The notes under the pieces: generated by a model
The model's input: only the letters and a program-made list of their open reading frames with translations
What the model was told of the DNA's origin: nothing
The model's database searches: none
Shown here: one piece after another, positions 41,253 through 55,397 of the stretch
How the letters are laid out: each line of letters opens with the position of its first letter
Position numbering within the stretch: position 1 is the stretch's first letter
Source: Eledone cirrhosa
Taxonomy: Eukaryota
Direction: 5' to 3'
DNA length: 64,000 bases
NCBI GenBank assembly: GCA_964016885.1
Contig: OZ024741.1
Span: 251,410,001-251,474,000 of the forward strand
Position numbers and translations under genes: made by a program

Positions 41253-41406
41253 GAGAGAGAGACAGAGAGTCTGTGGTGCTGAGACCGAGAAGACCACTAA
41301 TCATAAGAGTATTCAATGCATATGTGAGATGTAGAGTGGGTATAGAGAGACATAAAATCCTGACCACAGTTCCAAGCTGTTGGGATTTTACATATCTCTC
41401 TCTCTC

Positions 41407-41441
<35 letters not shown>

Positions 41442-41810
41442 TCATCATCATCATCATCATCATCATTTTATGTCCGCTTTTCCCTGCTTGCAAGGGTGGG
41501 ATGGGAACTGATTCTGGCTTGATTTCTACAGCTGGATGCCCTTCCTAACACCAACATCATTTACAGTGAGTGCTGGGTGCTTTTTTGCCGTGGCACCTCC
41601 ACGACCACTTTGCAGTGGAATGATATGGACCCCAGTCTCTCTCATCTCATTTCTACAGCTGAGTAAACTGGAGCAATGTGAAATAAAGTGTCTTGCTCAA
41701 GGAAACAACACATCACCCAGCCTGAGAACTGAACTCACAACCTTTCAATTGCAAGGCCAATGCTCTAACTACTAAACCATGTGCCTCCATATATATATAT
41801 ATATATATAT

Positions 41811-42240
41811 CTAGGGTGGGTAAAATTCCCGAGATCCATGGACGAGTTGTCTCCAGCGGTCTCTGTCCCTCATTATCGCTGCCATGTCCTGCGTCTCCAA
41901 CAGACCAGTGTCTGTCCTTAGGGCATCAACATATGTTAACTTCGGTCTTCTTCTTCCAGTGTGTCCATGCAGGGGCTCCCACAGGAGCACTGAGTGCAGT
42001 GTCAACTCTGGATGTCGGTGAGCATGTCCAGCTAACCTCAGTCTCCTCTGTGTCACTTTTGAGTTGACTCGGTGTGGAAGTTGGACCTTTGTAAAGACCT
42101 GAAGATCCGCCACTTCGTTGCTGTAGTGGAGTCTGTGTTGCTGTACGGGTCTGAGACTTGGACACTGACCAAGAAACTCACTCAGATGGTGGATGGGTGC
42201 TACACGAGAATGCTGAGGATGGCTCTGAACATTAATCAGT
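41811..42240. mobile_element. RTE LINE 3' fragment with inverted 5' segment
   Basis: 41811-42071(-): RRLRLAGHAHRHPE...RRRPKLTYVD...DRDRWRQLV. 42072-42240(+): LKIRHFVAVVESVLLYGSETWTLTKK...YTRMLRMALNI. (TA)n on both sides. Confidence 0.85.
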
Positions 42241-42736
42241 ATATATATATATATATATTACTGCTCCCTCGTTCTCTCTGTTTCTCTTACTTTCTTTCGT
42301 CCCCTCTGTCATGTCAGTTAACACTTTCTCTTTACTGACCTCTTCCTCGCACTTCCACTCACTCACTGTTTCTCCCCTTCTCACTTCCCCCCGTTCGCTT
42401 CGAAAACGATTTTCCTTCTTTCTTGCATCGGATTCATCGCGAAAGGTCTATTTCTTACTCGCTCATATATTCACCCAGCTTATACTGATAGAATAACTAT
42501 GTAGCTTGTGTTTCTTCCTATCTTCGGTTAGCTTTCCCCTGTGTTGTTTACTTGTCTCACTCGCTTTACGCGTTTTAATTGTCCTAATAACTTATTTTTG
42601 TTATTATTGCACCAACGTGAGGTATATGATTTTTAATGCAATGAAATACCAATGACCGTTGGCAAATCACTGATGAGGGACTCATTTTATAACATGTTAT
42701 CCATGTGCAACCATACAGTATTCTTCTCCCCATATT

Positions 42737-42800
<64 letters not shown>

Positions 42801-42839
42801 ATATTAAATAAATGGAAGCTATATTTATAAAACCATATT

Positions 42840-42900
42840 TATTCTATTATATATATTTCAAGGGTACCAAAACTTTGGTACGCTCTCATCAGATAAAATA
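42840..42900 (-). ncRNA. Minimal hammerhead ribozyme (family C), best-preserved copy
   Basis: Reverse complement: TATTTTAT-CTGATGA-GAGCGTACCAA-AGTT-TTGGTACCCTT-GAAA-TATATA-TA-ATAGAATA. Confidence 0.85.
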
Positions 42901-43789
42901 CAACGACATATTATACTCCAGAAAACATGTTGAGTGCTTCAAAATCAGTTATAAACATATATATTTGTTGCATTACCAACAAATTATATATCCCTTTGCT
43001 TATATATATATATATATATATATATCCCTTTGCTTATATATATATATACATATGCATGTGTTTGTGATTGTGTGTGTGTAGACACATACACACACAAGAC
43101 AAACAAACATGCACACACACAAAATCCATGTTTGCTTATCAGCCTCTCAGACCGGTTTGTTAATCAAAATATAAGGTTTATTCATATAAGGTGTGTATCT
43201 CACATGAGATCACTACTTAAGTCTCTCTCTCTCTCTCTTTCTCTTTCTTTCCCCATCTCTCTTTGTCTCTATCACTTTCTCTTTCTCTCTTTGTCTCTCC
43301 CTTACTCTATTCCTTGTTCTCTCTTTCTTTCCTTTCACTATCTCTCTCTGTCTCGCTCACTTTTACTTTCTCTCAGTCGCTCTCTCTCTTTCTTTCCCCA
43401 TCTCTCTTTGTCTCTCTCTCATTCACTCTCTCTTCTTCTTTCTTTCTCTTTCTCTCTGTGTTTCCCCACCTCTCTTTGTCTCTCTCACTTTCGCTCTCTC
43501 TATCAATCTCTTTGTCTCCCCCCCCCCCACACACACACACTCTCTCTGTCTTTGAAATATAGTAGTTTAGTATTGGTCTTGGTATTTTGCTGTTGTTGTT
43601 TAACCCAATGTCAACCCTGATCTAGTAAATCTATGATCCAACCGATTCCAACAATGACCATCACATTTATACAGAGTTACGTCTATTATGACAACATCTA
43701 ATCTTTCCCTCTCTTTGTTATGATACTAGGGTGTGGTTTGGAGATTTGGTTGCTCTTTCTAGCAGGGGCTTCCTCGTCGACTTGTTGTA

Positions 43790-43791
43790 AC

Positions 43792-43826
<35 letters not shown>

Positions 43827-43882
43827 TAGTAGGAGTCATGACAGTGGTGGTGGTGGTGGTGGTGGTAGTTGTGTTGATAGTT

Positions 43883-43920
<38 letters not shown>

Positions 43921-45792
43921 GGTGGTTGTGTTAGTAATAATAATAGTAGTAGTAGTATTGGTGGGGGTGACGGTTGTAGTAATTGTAGTAGTTTTAATTA
44001 TGGTAGTAATGGTATTTGTAGTATTGGTGATAGTAATGCTGGTGGTTCATGTAGTAGTATTATTGTAGTAGTAATAGTACTGGTGGTGGTGGTAGTAGTA
44101 GTAGTAGTGATGGTGGTAGTAGTACTGGTGGTGGTGGTGGTGGTAGTAGTAGTAGTAGTAGCAATAGTGGTGAAATAACAGAGTTTGTAGTAAATGTTGT
44201 AGTATTAGTAGTGGTAACAGTGACGGTTGTAGTAATGACAGTGGTTATAGTGGTGGTTGTAGTAGTAAATGTGGGTGTAGTAGTGATGGTTGTAGTAGTA
44301 GTAGTAGTAACCGTGCCTGCTAATGTCATGTGAGAGATGCAGCACGGTGCCAACCAGACATGCACTTAACGCGATGCATTGCGTAATTCATGCATAAGTT
44401 GATGATCATGGTGGTGGTGGTGGTGTTTGTGGTGGTGTTTGTGGTGGCGGTGGTGGTGGTGGTGGTGGTGGTGGTGGTGTTGGTGCTGGTGGTGTTAATG
44501 GTGGTGGTGGTGGTGGTGTTAAAGGTGGTGATGGTGGTGGTGTTAATGGTGGTGGTGGTGTTGGTGGTGTTAATGGTGTTGGTGATGGTGTTAAAGGTGG
44601 TGATGGTATGGTGTTAATGATGGTGGTGGTGGTGCTGGTGGTGTTAATGGTGGTGGTGGTGGTGGTGTTAATGGTGGTGTTAATGGTGGTGTTGGTGGTG
44701 GTGTTAATGGTGGTGTTGGTGGTGGTGTTAATGGTGGTGCTGGTGCTGGTGGTTGTGGTGGTGATGGTGGCGGTTGCGGTGGTGGTTGTGGTGGTGGTGG
44801 TGGTTGTGGCGGTGTTGGTGGTGGTGGTGGTAGTGGTGGTGGTAATGTTTGTGGCGATAGTGGTGGCTGTAGGCTTTGGTTATGGCAATGATGGAAGTGG
44901 GGTGTTGGTCAAAATATTGGTGGTGGGTGTGGTGTTGGAGTGATGACGGTGTTGTTTTGGTGGTGGTAATGGTGATGGTGGTGGCAGTGTTGATGATGAT
45001 GATCGTGGTGGTAGTGATGATGTGAATATATGGTGATGGTGTGGTGGTAGAGGTGTTGTTGTTGGTGGTGGTGGTGGTGGTGGTGGTCGTGGTGGAGTTT
45101 GTAATGGCAACAGTAGTGGTGGTGATGGTAGTGGTGGTGTAGTGGCTGATAATGGCAGTGAAGATGTTGTTGGTGGGGGTGATAGTAAAGTGTGGTGTTG
45201 ATGTCTCATGGTGGGGGCTGCTGGAGTTTGTGTCAGAACTGTCGATGTGTGACAGAGAGTTGTCGCTACAATTAAGGACACAAACCTTGAAATGTTGCAT
45301 TAGTAAATCTTAAAGGATCCCAATTGTTTACTATAGTGTAACAGTCTAAAGTCTGTCTCAAGTCAGGAGACTCATCAGGCCAGTGTTTATCCTGGTTTTC
45401 GTGGAATTAAGTGACTGAGAGTACAAGACTCTCCCCTGGATAGGACGCCAATCCATCACAGGGTTAAAACCCCAGCTATTGCCGGTACTCATTTTCAGTG
45501 GAGGATACTGGAGCAACGTGAAATAAAGTGTTTTGCTCAAGAACACAACACACAGCCCAGTCCAGGAATTGAACCCATGATGTTATGAGTGTAAGTTCAA
45601 TACCCTTACCACTAGGCCACATGTCTTCCCTATTGTATACAAATCTGTTGTTGTCGTGACAGTGTGGTTGTTGATGTTATTCTAACAGTTTGTTGTTGTT
45701 GTTATGGTGACAGCGAGGAATGTTATTGTGTAATTGGTAGTAGTAGTAGTAGTAGTAGTGTTGGTTGTGGTGGTGGTAGTATTAGTAGTAGC

Positions 45793-45829
<37 letters not shown>

Positions 45830-45872
45830 ATGTTGGTTGTGGTGGTGGTAGTATTATTATTATTATTATTAT

Positions 45873-45928
<56 letters not shown>

Positions 45929-45984
45929 TTGGTTGTGGTGGTGGTAGTATTAGTAGTAGCAACAGTAGTAGTAGTAGTAGTAGC

Positions 45985-46036
<52 letters not shown>

Positions 46037-46042
46037 TTGGTT

Positions 46043-46076
<34 letters not shown>

Positions 46077-46135
46077 CAAGAAGAAGAAGAAGAAGAAGAA
46101 GAAGAAGAAGAAGAAGAAGAAACAGCAACAACAAC
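43790..46135. repeat. Degenerate trinucleotide tracts (GTA/GTG/GAA), with a SINE at 45350-45630
   Basis: Long (GTA)n and (GTG)n runs giving poly-V/T/S ORFs. Confidence 0.9.
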
Positions 46136-46244
46136 AATTTAACTAATTAACTAAATTGCTTTTGATAGACATATTGTTGATGATATCAAACAATATGAAC
46201 GTTTGATTCTATTGTGACTCTAGTTTGGTAAACAAAGTGATGTC

Positions 46245-47655
46245 TGTGACACAGTGTTGTGTATGACTGTGACAGAGTGTTGTCTGACTGTGACGCAGTG
46301 TTGTGTATGACTGTGACAGAGTGTTGTCTGACTGTGACGCAGTGTTGTGTATGACACACTGTCGTCTGACTGACACAGTGCTGTCTGTGACACATTGTTG
46401 TCTGGCTGTGACGCAGTGTTGTGTATGACACACTGTCGTCTGACTGATGCAGTGTTGTCTGTGACACACTGTTGTCTGAATGTGACGCAGTGCTGTCTGT
46501 GACACATTGTTGTTTGGCTGTGACACAGTGTTGTGTATGACACACTGTCGTCTGACTGATGTAGTGTTGTCTGTGACACATTGTTGTCTGACTGTGCCGC
46601 AGTGCTGTCTGTGACACATTGTTGTCTGACTGTGCCGCAGTGCTGTCTGTGACACATTGTTGTCTGGCTGTGACGCAGTGTTGTGTATGACACACTGTCG
46701 TCTGACTGATGCAGTGTTGTCTGTGACACATTGTTGTCTGACTGTGACGCAGTGCTGTCTGTGACACATTGTTGTCTGGCTGTGACGCAGTGTTGTGTAT
46801 GACACACTGTCGTCTGACTGATGCAGTGTTGTCTGTGACACATTGTTGTCTGACTGTGACGCAGTGCTGTCTGTGACACATTGTTGTCTGGCTGTGACGC
46901 AGTGTTGTGTATGACACACTGTCGTCTGACTGATGCAGTGTTGTCTGTGACACATTGTTGTCTGACTGTGACGCAGTGCTGTCTGTGACACATTGTTGTC
47001 TGACTGTGACGCAGTGCTGTCTGTGACACATTGTTGTCTGGCTGTGACGCAGTGTTGTGTATGACACACTGTCGTCTGACTGATGCAGTGTTGTCTGTGA
47101 CACATTGTTGTCTGACTGTGACGCAGTGCTGTCTGTGACACATTGTTGTCTGGCTGTGACGCAGTGCTGTCTGTGACACATTGTTGTCTGGCTGTGACGC
47201 AGTGTTGTGTATGACACACTGTCGTCTGACTGATGCAGTGTTGTCTGTGACACATTGTTGTCTGACTGTGACGCAGGGCTGTCTGTCACACATTGTTGTC
47301 TGACTGTGAGGCAGTGCTGTCTGTGACACATTGTTGTCTGGCTGTGACGCAGTGTTGTGTATGACACACTGTCGTCTGACTGATGCAGTGTTGTCTGTGA
47401 CACAGTGTTGTCTGACTGTGACGCAGTGCTGTCTGTGACACATTGTTGTCTGGCTGTGACGCAGTGTTGTGTATGACACACTGTCGTCTGACTGATGCAG
47501 TGTTGTCTGTGACACATTGTTGTCTGACTGTGACGCAGTGCTGTCTGTGACACATTGTTGTCTGACTGTGACGCAGTGCTGTCTGTGACACATTGTTGTC
47601 TGACTGTGACAGAGTGTTGTCTAACTGTGACGCAGTGTTGTCTTTGACACAGTGG
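46245..47655. repeat. Composite 36/38-bp satellite
   Basis: Units GCAGTGTTGTGTATGACACACTGTCGTCTGACTGAT (36 bp) and GCAGTGCTGTCTGTGACACATTGTTGTCTGACTGTGAC (38 bp), arranged as ABB/ABBB. Confidence 0.92.
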
Positions 47656-47839
47656 TGTGTGGATCAGTGTCCCTAGATATACTGTTACCTTGAAAGGGTG
47701 AAGCTCACAACTCAACTGGGAGCAATCCAATGGTCTTCAAGAGAAATTGTCTTTATGCAGCAACGTAACAGCTCTGATAGTTTGAATGTGTTAAATCTAT
47801 ATTAAATGGACCGAAGAAAACAGACGATATATAATAACT

Positions 47840-49640
47840 CTTTCTAACTGTGGCACAAGATCAGTAATTTTGGGAGAAGGAGAAAGTCGATTATATCGAC
47901 GCCACAACTTAACTGGTATCTTAATATATCGACCCTGGAACAGTTGAAATACTGTTGTGTCTTATTAATTTCCTTATGTGTGCAAGTAATTCAACAAGGA
48001 AGAGTAAATTATAAATTTCTATCTCGACACAATGGAGCACTATTCACTGTTGAACTGTAGCTAGCATGTTATAATAATGGTTTCTGATTAAGGCACAAGG
48101 CCAGTGATTTGGGGGGAGGGGAAAGTCGATTAAATAGACCCCAGTGCATTACTGGTACTTTATTTTATCGACCCCGTAACGATGAAAGGTAAAGCTAACA
48201 TCGGTGGGATGTGAACCCAGAACGTAAAGAGTCGTAGCTCTATGCCACAAAACATGGTGTCCAACGTTCTACCGATACAGCCAATAATAAAAACACTCAA
48301 CGTTTATCGGTTTATCAAAGGTAAGGTTGTCTTAGGCGGGATTTGAACTCAGAACGTAGAAAATCGTAATTAAATAACTGTTTCTACGTTAGGCACAAGG
48401 CCAGCAATTACCCAGTGTATTACTGGTACTTTATTTTATCGACCCCGTAAGGATGAAAAGCAAAGTTAACCTCAGCGGGATTTGAACTCAGAATGGCAAG
48501 GGCCGTAACTCTATGCGTCAAAGCATGGCGTCCGACCCTCTACCAATACTGCCAATAACATAAAGCATTTTATCCGACGATCTATCATTACTGCCCGTCT
48601 ACTGCTCTCAGAGGATATATAGTAATGATTTCTAACTTAGGCACAATGTCAACACATGGTGGGGAGGGAAAGATCGAATATATCGACCTCAGTACATGAC
48701 TGGTATTTTATTTTATCGACCCCGGAAGGATGAAAGACGAAGTTGTCCTTGGTGGGATTTAAACTCAGAACGTAGAAAATCATAATTAAACAGCACAAAG
48801 CATTTTCTCCGACGCTCTACCGATACTGCTTATCTACAGCCCTCAGGAGATATATAATAATCGAAGATCGATAAAAATTTAGTATTGAAAATCTATTCAA
48901 ACTTCGTAAACAGATTTCAAGGCTTATAAAAGGAAAGTTCATTTGGTAGGGAGCAGGAAAAGTTAAGTAGTAGGGGCGTGAATATTCTACACTCCACATC
49001 AACAAAACTCTCAGCTGCCTTTGATTTTCAGAGGAACCCTCCCCAACTCATGCTAGGGTCTCGGAAATAGTGTTGTTCTACCTTGCAAAATTTATCTCGG
49101 AGGCCATACCAGCTTATTTGTCTTCTCTCTTCGGGGTTTCTATTACATAATTGTTTCTACATTTGATACAAGGCCACCAATGTGAAGGGAAGAGGGAAGT
49201 GGATAAAATTGAGCCCAAAGAGTTACTGGTACTTTATATTATCGACCATGTAAGAATGAAAGGCGAAGCTAACCTCAGCAGAATTTAAGCGCAGAACAAA
49301 AGGGACGTAACTATATACCATAAAGCACAAAGCCAACAATTTTGAGGGAGAGGAGAGTCGATTAAACCGACTTCAGTGCGTTTTGGTACTTTATTACCCC
49401 GTAAGGTTAAAAGGCAAAGCTAACCTGGACAAGATTTGAACTCAGAACGTAAAGTGTCGTAACTAAATGCCGCAAAAGAATATATAGAGTGCGCTAACGA
49501 TTCTAACAATCTACCTCCGTATATTTGACATCTAATGACAACAGTAATAGCTTTCTTTCTATAACAATGCTGTTAAAGGGCCGTAACTATATGCCGTAAA
49601 GCATATTTTTGATGCTCTAACGATACTAATAATCCCCCAC
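47840..49640 (-). mobile_element. Cluster of ~7 family-1 SINE copies/fragments
   Basis: Repeated GGCACAAGGCCAG...TACTGGTACTTTATTTTATCGACCCC...GATTTGAACTCAG, all on the minus strand. Confidence 0.85.
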
Positions 49641-49728
49641 CCTTATAACTGCATGATACAATCAGTTGAGGGTTCAACAAATCCGCAGCTCTTCAGTATC
49701 TTCCTGAAAAACATGAAAGGATCTACAC

Positions 49729-50223
49729 CAGTGTTTCCCAACCTTTTAGGGTTCGTCGCCCATTCACATGGAAACATTTTCCACTGCCCATCTGTATAGT
49801 CAGTGCTTAGGTGTGCTTAAGCATAGAGCCCCGTTGGCCAAGGGGATGCCATCTTCCTGCCCCAAAACTTTTTTACGATGAATTTTTCAAATGTTTTTCA
49901 AGTATGGGGCCTCATAACTTAACTAGCACGGGGCCTCATTTGTCCTAAATCCGGCACTGTGTATAGTAAATATCCAAAAGCATACCAAAAATGTTTATTA
50001 AAAGTTACTGGTTCATTATTTCCATTTAGCCACCTGCTTCTTGTCTTTTTTTTAATACAGGTTTTGGATATATATATCCTTTGAATATTTATTATCGGGT
50101 AGCATATGTTAAAATACCTGCTTAATACTCAAAATCCTATTACGTCTACTGATCACCATCATTTTCTGTTCTGTTGATCATCACCCAGCCAACAGATGAT
50201 ATCGCCCAGGTTGGGAAACCTTG
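49729..50223. mobile_element. hAT (Charlie-like) MITE containing a nested hAT MITE
   Basis: TIR CAGTGTTTCCCAACCT / AGGTTGGGAAACCTTG, TSD ATCTACAC / ATTTACAT. Nested 49801-49959 CAGTGC...GCACTG has a perfect 8-bp TSD TGTATAGT; relatives at 57721-57861 and 60458-60646. Confidence 0.8.
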
Positions 50224-50390
50224 ATTTACATCTACATCAATATTTGGACACGCTACTCTGTTAGATACCAGAAAAACTGAACACAACACCAGCTGTGTTA
50301 AACTCTCATTTACCAGAAAATAAACAGAGAGACTATAATAGCTTTGAAGGTTATCCTTTAACATGGCCACAGTTAGCTTGTTTGATCTAC

Positions 50391-50477
<87 letters not shown>

Positions 50478-50722
50478 ACGTGCGTGTGTATATATATATA
50501 CATACACACTCACACACACACATATATATGTGTGTACTATATATATGCAAGCTTATAAAAGTTTTGTACATACACACACACACACATATATGTGTGTGTG
50601 TGTGTATGCACAAAACTTTTATAAGCTTGCATATATATAGTGCACACATGCACACTCTCATATATATATATTTAAAGTATGCATACAGGTGTACTGCTGC
50701 ATATTTATGTATGCATATGTTC

Positions 50723-50782
<60 letters not shown>

Positions 50783-51187
50783 ATGTATATATACATGTGT
50801 GCATGTGTATGTATATCTATGTATGTGCATACGTATGTTTGCATGTGTCTGCATTAGCAATAACCTAGTAACCTACTTGCAAGCAATAACCTAGTAACCT
50901 ACTTGCAAGCAGTAGGAAGCTGGACAATAAATAGGACAGCCAAGCCCAACCTGAACATTACAAAAGGTGGGAGTGCTGCAAGGGTCGTAGAACGTCTTTT
51001 ATCGATCTTTCTCATCTCCTACCTCTTCCTACCACATTCATATATAACATACATACACACATACACACATACACACGTCCACCATAAAACATTAATTGCA
51101 AGGTCTTCCCTTCTCTTTTTCATATGTATATGTGCATACCTGCAAACATACATACATGCATATATATATACATACATACATACATAT

Positions 51188-51260
<73 letters not shown>

Positions 51261-51344
51261 AACATGCAAACCTCTCTCTCTCCCTCCATCTCTCAATTTC
51301 TCTGTATACATATATATATATATATATATAACTATATCTATATC

Positions 51345-51392
<48 letters not shown>

Positions 51393-52159
51393 TATATGTT
51401 GTTGTTGTTGTTGATGGTGTTTAACCCCCGGTCATCTCTGATCAAGAAGGCCAACGATCAAAGCACTCCCGCCATGTTTATGCGATTTTCCTTTTTGAAA
51501 ATTATTTCAAAGTCTACGTTTTCTTTGTACCCTTCCTTTTTATGTGATGTTAAATTGTGGTTTGAGGGAAATTTGACATATATTTCTAGCAGATCGATCA
51601 AACGTATATCCGTATGTTGTATGTATGTATGTAATGTATGTGTAGCTATGTGCATGTATGTATATATGTGCATATATGTATGTATGTAATGTATCTATGT
51701 GTATATATGTATGTACGTGTGTACATACATATATTCTTAATATCAGGTTTATTTTGACCGCTTACTTCCTTAGTAGCAAGATATAAATGAAAGGGACTTT
51801 CTATCGCTTCTTGTACAATCATTGATCTTTTAAATTTTAAGTAGGTCTTCCAGATCTTTAAAGTTCCAAAATCGAGGTCATTTGTAGCTAATGAATAAAG
51901 GGGCTGAATTATTTCCCCACGAATCCAAGTTTCGCCATACTTTGATTCAAGCAGGTTTGTATATATTCTTTAGCTCCAATAATAATTGTTTCTATTTTAG
52001 ACACAAGGCCAGCAATTTGAAGGGGATGGGAAAGTCGATTAAAACGACCCTGTAAGGATGAAAGGCAAAACTAACCCTATGCTGCGAATCATGGTGTCCG
52101 ACTCTCTACCGAAACTGCCAATCCACCACCCTTTTAGCTCCAATGATAATGGGCATGTT

Positions 52160-52800
52160 TATTACCTCAATGTTTTGTGAGCAGGCATTACAGTGGGTTT
52201 AATGAAAGTACAAAGGGCAGTAGTAACAAGATATCACCCCGTAGGATGCCTTCTTAGTAATGTATGGTGTCAGATATGAGTTGCTTGTTTTCTCTTCTCC
52301 TCTAAGACATAAAGTGGTGTTCCAAATTTTAGGCAGCTGCCAGTAATTGTACGACTTTGGTTAGCTGTAGCTGTAAAGCTTTGGTAATCTATCGATGTTG
52401 TATACTATCAAAAGTTTTGCCAAATTCTAACTGATTTATTTTCTTGTATCAATATTATTATAAGTAGCTGCTCTATACTCTCCTATATTTCCTTCTTTAC
52501 ACACGCTTGCTCAAGTGTTATATTAGTGACACAATCATCTTATGAGAATAGACTGTGGTAACCTGTAAAAAGCTAATGGGTGGTAATGGCAGTTGACAGT
52601 CATTTGGGCACTTCTAATGTACCCTGATGCTTTCTCCAAACAATGTTGTAAAATTTCGCCAATAAAGAGTGAGATTCTTAACTCTAAATCCTTTTATAAG
52701 GTCAGGGCTTATGGGTTTTCTGTTTGCTATTTTTTAGGGGGATCTTCCAATATAGCATCATTTTCATATCGGTTTAGTTCAACACACTTGAGTTAAGTAG

Positions 52801-52883
<83 letters not shown>

Positions 52884-53282
52884 GGGTTTAATCTTGGTAC
52901 AGCGGTTGGCATTCTATCTATCTCTATACCTACTCTTCAACTCCCCATGCATTGAGTGCTCCCATGATTTGTGGTTTCCTCGGTCTCAGCACCACAGTCT
53001 CTCTCTCTCTCCCCCCCTCCCTCTCTCTCTCTCTATATATATATATATAGCAGGGAAGTGCGGACGTAAAATGATGATATATATAATGTTTAATATAGAA
53101 ATGACTTCTACACGACTAGAACTGTTCCTTTCAAAGGAAATCATCAGGAACGCCCTGTTGAGGATTTCTTTTGAATGAAACAGCTCTAGTCCTCTAGAAG
53201 CCATTTCTATAATAAACATTATTTTTACACTCTATTAACGTATTGAGTACCTTATTTACTGTGGTTACCCCCGATTGAAACC

Positions 53283-53342
<60 letters not shown>

Positions 53343-53950
53343 TTACGTAGCCCCAACTTTACCTTTTCTATGCACACAGCTTGTCATATTGAACTCAGCA
53401 TTTCTTTTCCATATAAACATACAGTAGATTTCAACTTGACCTTCTGATGGAGTGTTTTTTACAGAAATTGATTTGTTTACGTCAAAACTACAACAGACTC
53501 AATTGAGATTCCTGGCAAATCATCCATGTATTCACCATTTGCCGTTTATAACGTGTTGATATATACTTTAGCTTTTCACTTGTGGTTGAGAGATCTTGTT
53601 TCAGCTGTTGCAGTATAAAACTTATTTCCTAATTTCTATTCTAAAAGGTTATGGTGTTTTGTGAATGTATTATCGGTGTTGCCTTTCATAATTACGAGAA
53701 CCTGTTAAATGTTTCTTCTCGGAAATACAATTATTCTATTTTTCTATTACGTGTTCCAGCCGATGGGCTGAGGACATTCTGGGGCACTGCCATTGACGCT
53801 ACACTTTGTATAGCCAGCCATTCTTGGCTGGCCATTTCTTTTTAAGTTGCGGACATACGCTTGCACATAATGTTTGCAATAAGTTAGTCCTGTGATTGCT
53901 GATACATTTCTTAGGCGATTTATAGCCTTATAACGGAATATTGCTATGTT
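52160..53950 (-). pseudogene. Highly decayed R4/Dong-like non-LTR retrotransposon ORF, interrupted by microsatellites and hairpins
   Basis: Minus-strand remnants in order: LKQDLSTTSEKLKYISTRYKRQMVN, PSEGQVEIY, PDLIKGFRVKNL, IDYQ..AF-like. Many stops and frameshifts. Confidence 0.5.
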
Positions 53951-53977
53951 TTACCGGCGAAGATTCGAAACCGAATC

Positions 53978-54545
53978 TGAGGTTTCTCGCCTCTGGGACC
54001 ATCTCTCGTTGGAGGTTCCCACCATTATCCTGTCAAGTCAACGTTGATAAACGTACATACCACTTGACCTGTGACCCCCAGCTTCCTGGGAGACAATATC
54101 CACATGGCTGATCATAAATCAACCTCATATACACATCCTTCTAACTATAGCATTATCATAAATACATGGACTTAAAGAATCCAGCAGTCAGAGACTACGA
54201 ATCAATCAGTCCGTGTTAAGGTTCACGATGTAGCAGACCTTTTACTCTTTCTCTCTCCTGGCCTTACTCGTTTCCACCTTCTCAGCCACGACTACGCCAA
54301 CAGGCAATAGACCATGAAGCAGCAGTCCTTGAGACAAATAACGTATTCTAAGAATAGACACACAGACACGCACACACACACATAGTAAGTTCACATTGTT
54401 TACATTCTACGCTCATTCTATTCTTCCGTCTCACTGTCATATTGTATCATACATTCACGCTAACTCGAAGTAGCTAGCCAGTAAATTAATGTAGCGATAA
54501 ATTCTGTCACATATTGTTATTGTAAAATAAACATTGTCAACATCA
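53978..54545. mobile_element. Probable solo LTR
   Basis: TGAGGTT...AACATCA termini, near-perfect 5-bp TSD GAATC / CAATC, AATAAA at 54526-54531. Confidence 0.45.
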
Positions 54546-55224
54546 CAATCATGGCATTATTCTTTTCATCAAACATCCATCAAAGATTAACATTTATCTG
54601 CTACAGTCTTGTATGTGGTTACTACGCCCTTGGGCAGGGTAGCTTTTAGATAATTACTTGCATTTTTGTTTATTACTCCCAGTTTTAGTTCGGTTGGCCC
54701 TTTTTTATATTTGTTTTGTATGGCCTGTTTTGAACCTCATGAAACACTTGTAGCCGAGGAAGATGGTATCTTTTGCTTGCTATTAGCTTCGGTGTGTTAG
54801 CTGTCTGCTTGATCATCGATGTTGGCATTGTTTTTGTTGCTGAAATGTGTATCACTGTTTCTTGTGTTGCCTACGTTGAATCACGAGCCAGATTAAGTCT
54901 TTTTCGGACCTTAAACACTTAACTGATTATGACGCCCGTCCCCATCACTACATGTAAAGTTTACAATTTTTTTTTTTTTGGGGGGGGGGGGGGGGGAATA
55001 GATTTAATTTGAATAACATGCTATTCCTTTTCCCGTGATACCATTGGCTTGTGCTTATTTTGCATAATGGTTTATCCAACCTTGGTTGAACCAGTCGATT
55101 CAGTTATAGGAATGAATTTGCGTTTAATAACCTGTACGTCTAGGTGTTTGGAGCTACGGACTAATTCTAGCTGTTTAGAGTTCAACTGGAACCTTAGCAT
55201 AAACCCGAATAGTTTAGACTCAGG

Positions 55225-55397
55225 TTTGGCAGTATCGGTAGAGGGTCGGACGCCATGCTTTGCAGCATAGTTACGTCCCTTTACGATCTGAGTTCAAATC
55301 CCGCCGAGGTTGACTTTACCTTTCATCCTTACGGGGGTCGATAAAATAAAGTACCAGTAATGCACTGGGTAATTGCTGGCCTTGTGCCTAAAGTAGA
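55225..55397 (+). mobile_element. tRNA SINE family 1
   Basis: TTGGCAGTATCGGTAGAG...GAGTTCAAATCCCGCC...GGTCGATAAAATAAAGTACCAG...CTTGTGCCTAAAGTAGA. Confidence 0.88.

Noticed and set aside
42671-42705. CTGATGAGGGA hammerhead 5' half
   Set aside because: No downstream GAAA or stem III; at most a truncated remnant.
55225-55310. tRNA gene
   Set aside because: Box A/B are present, but there is no cloverleaf and it continues into the SINE core seen in more than 20 copies.
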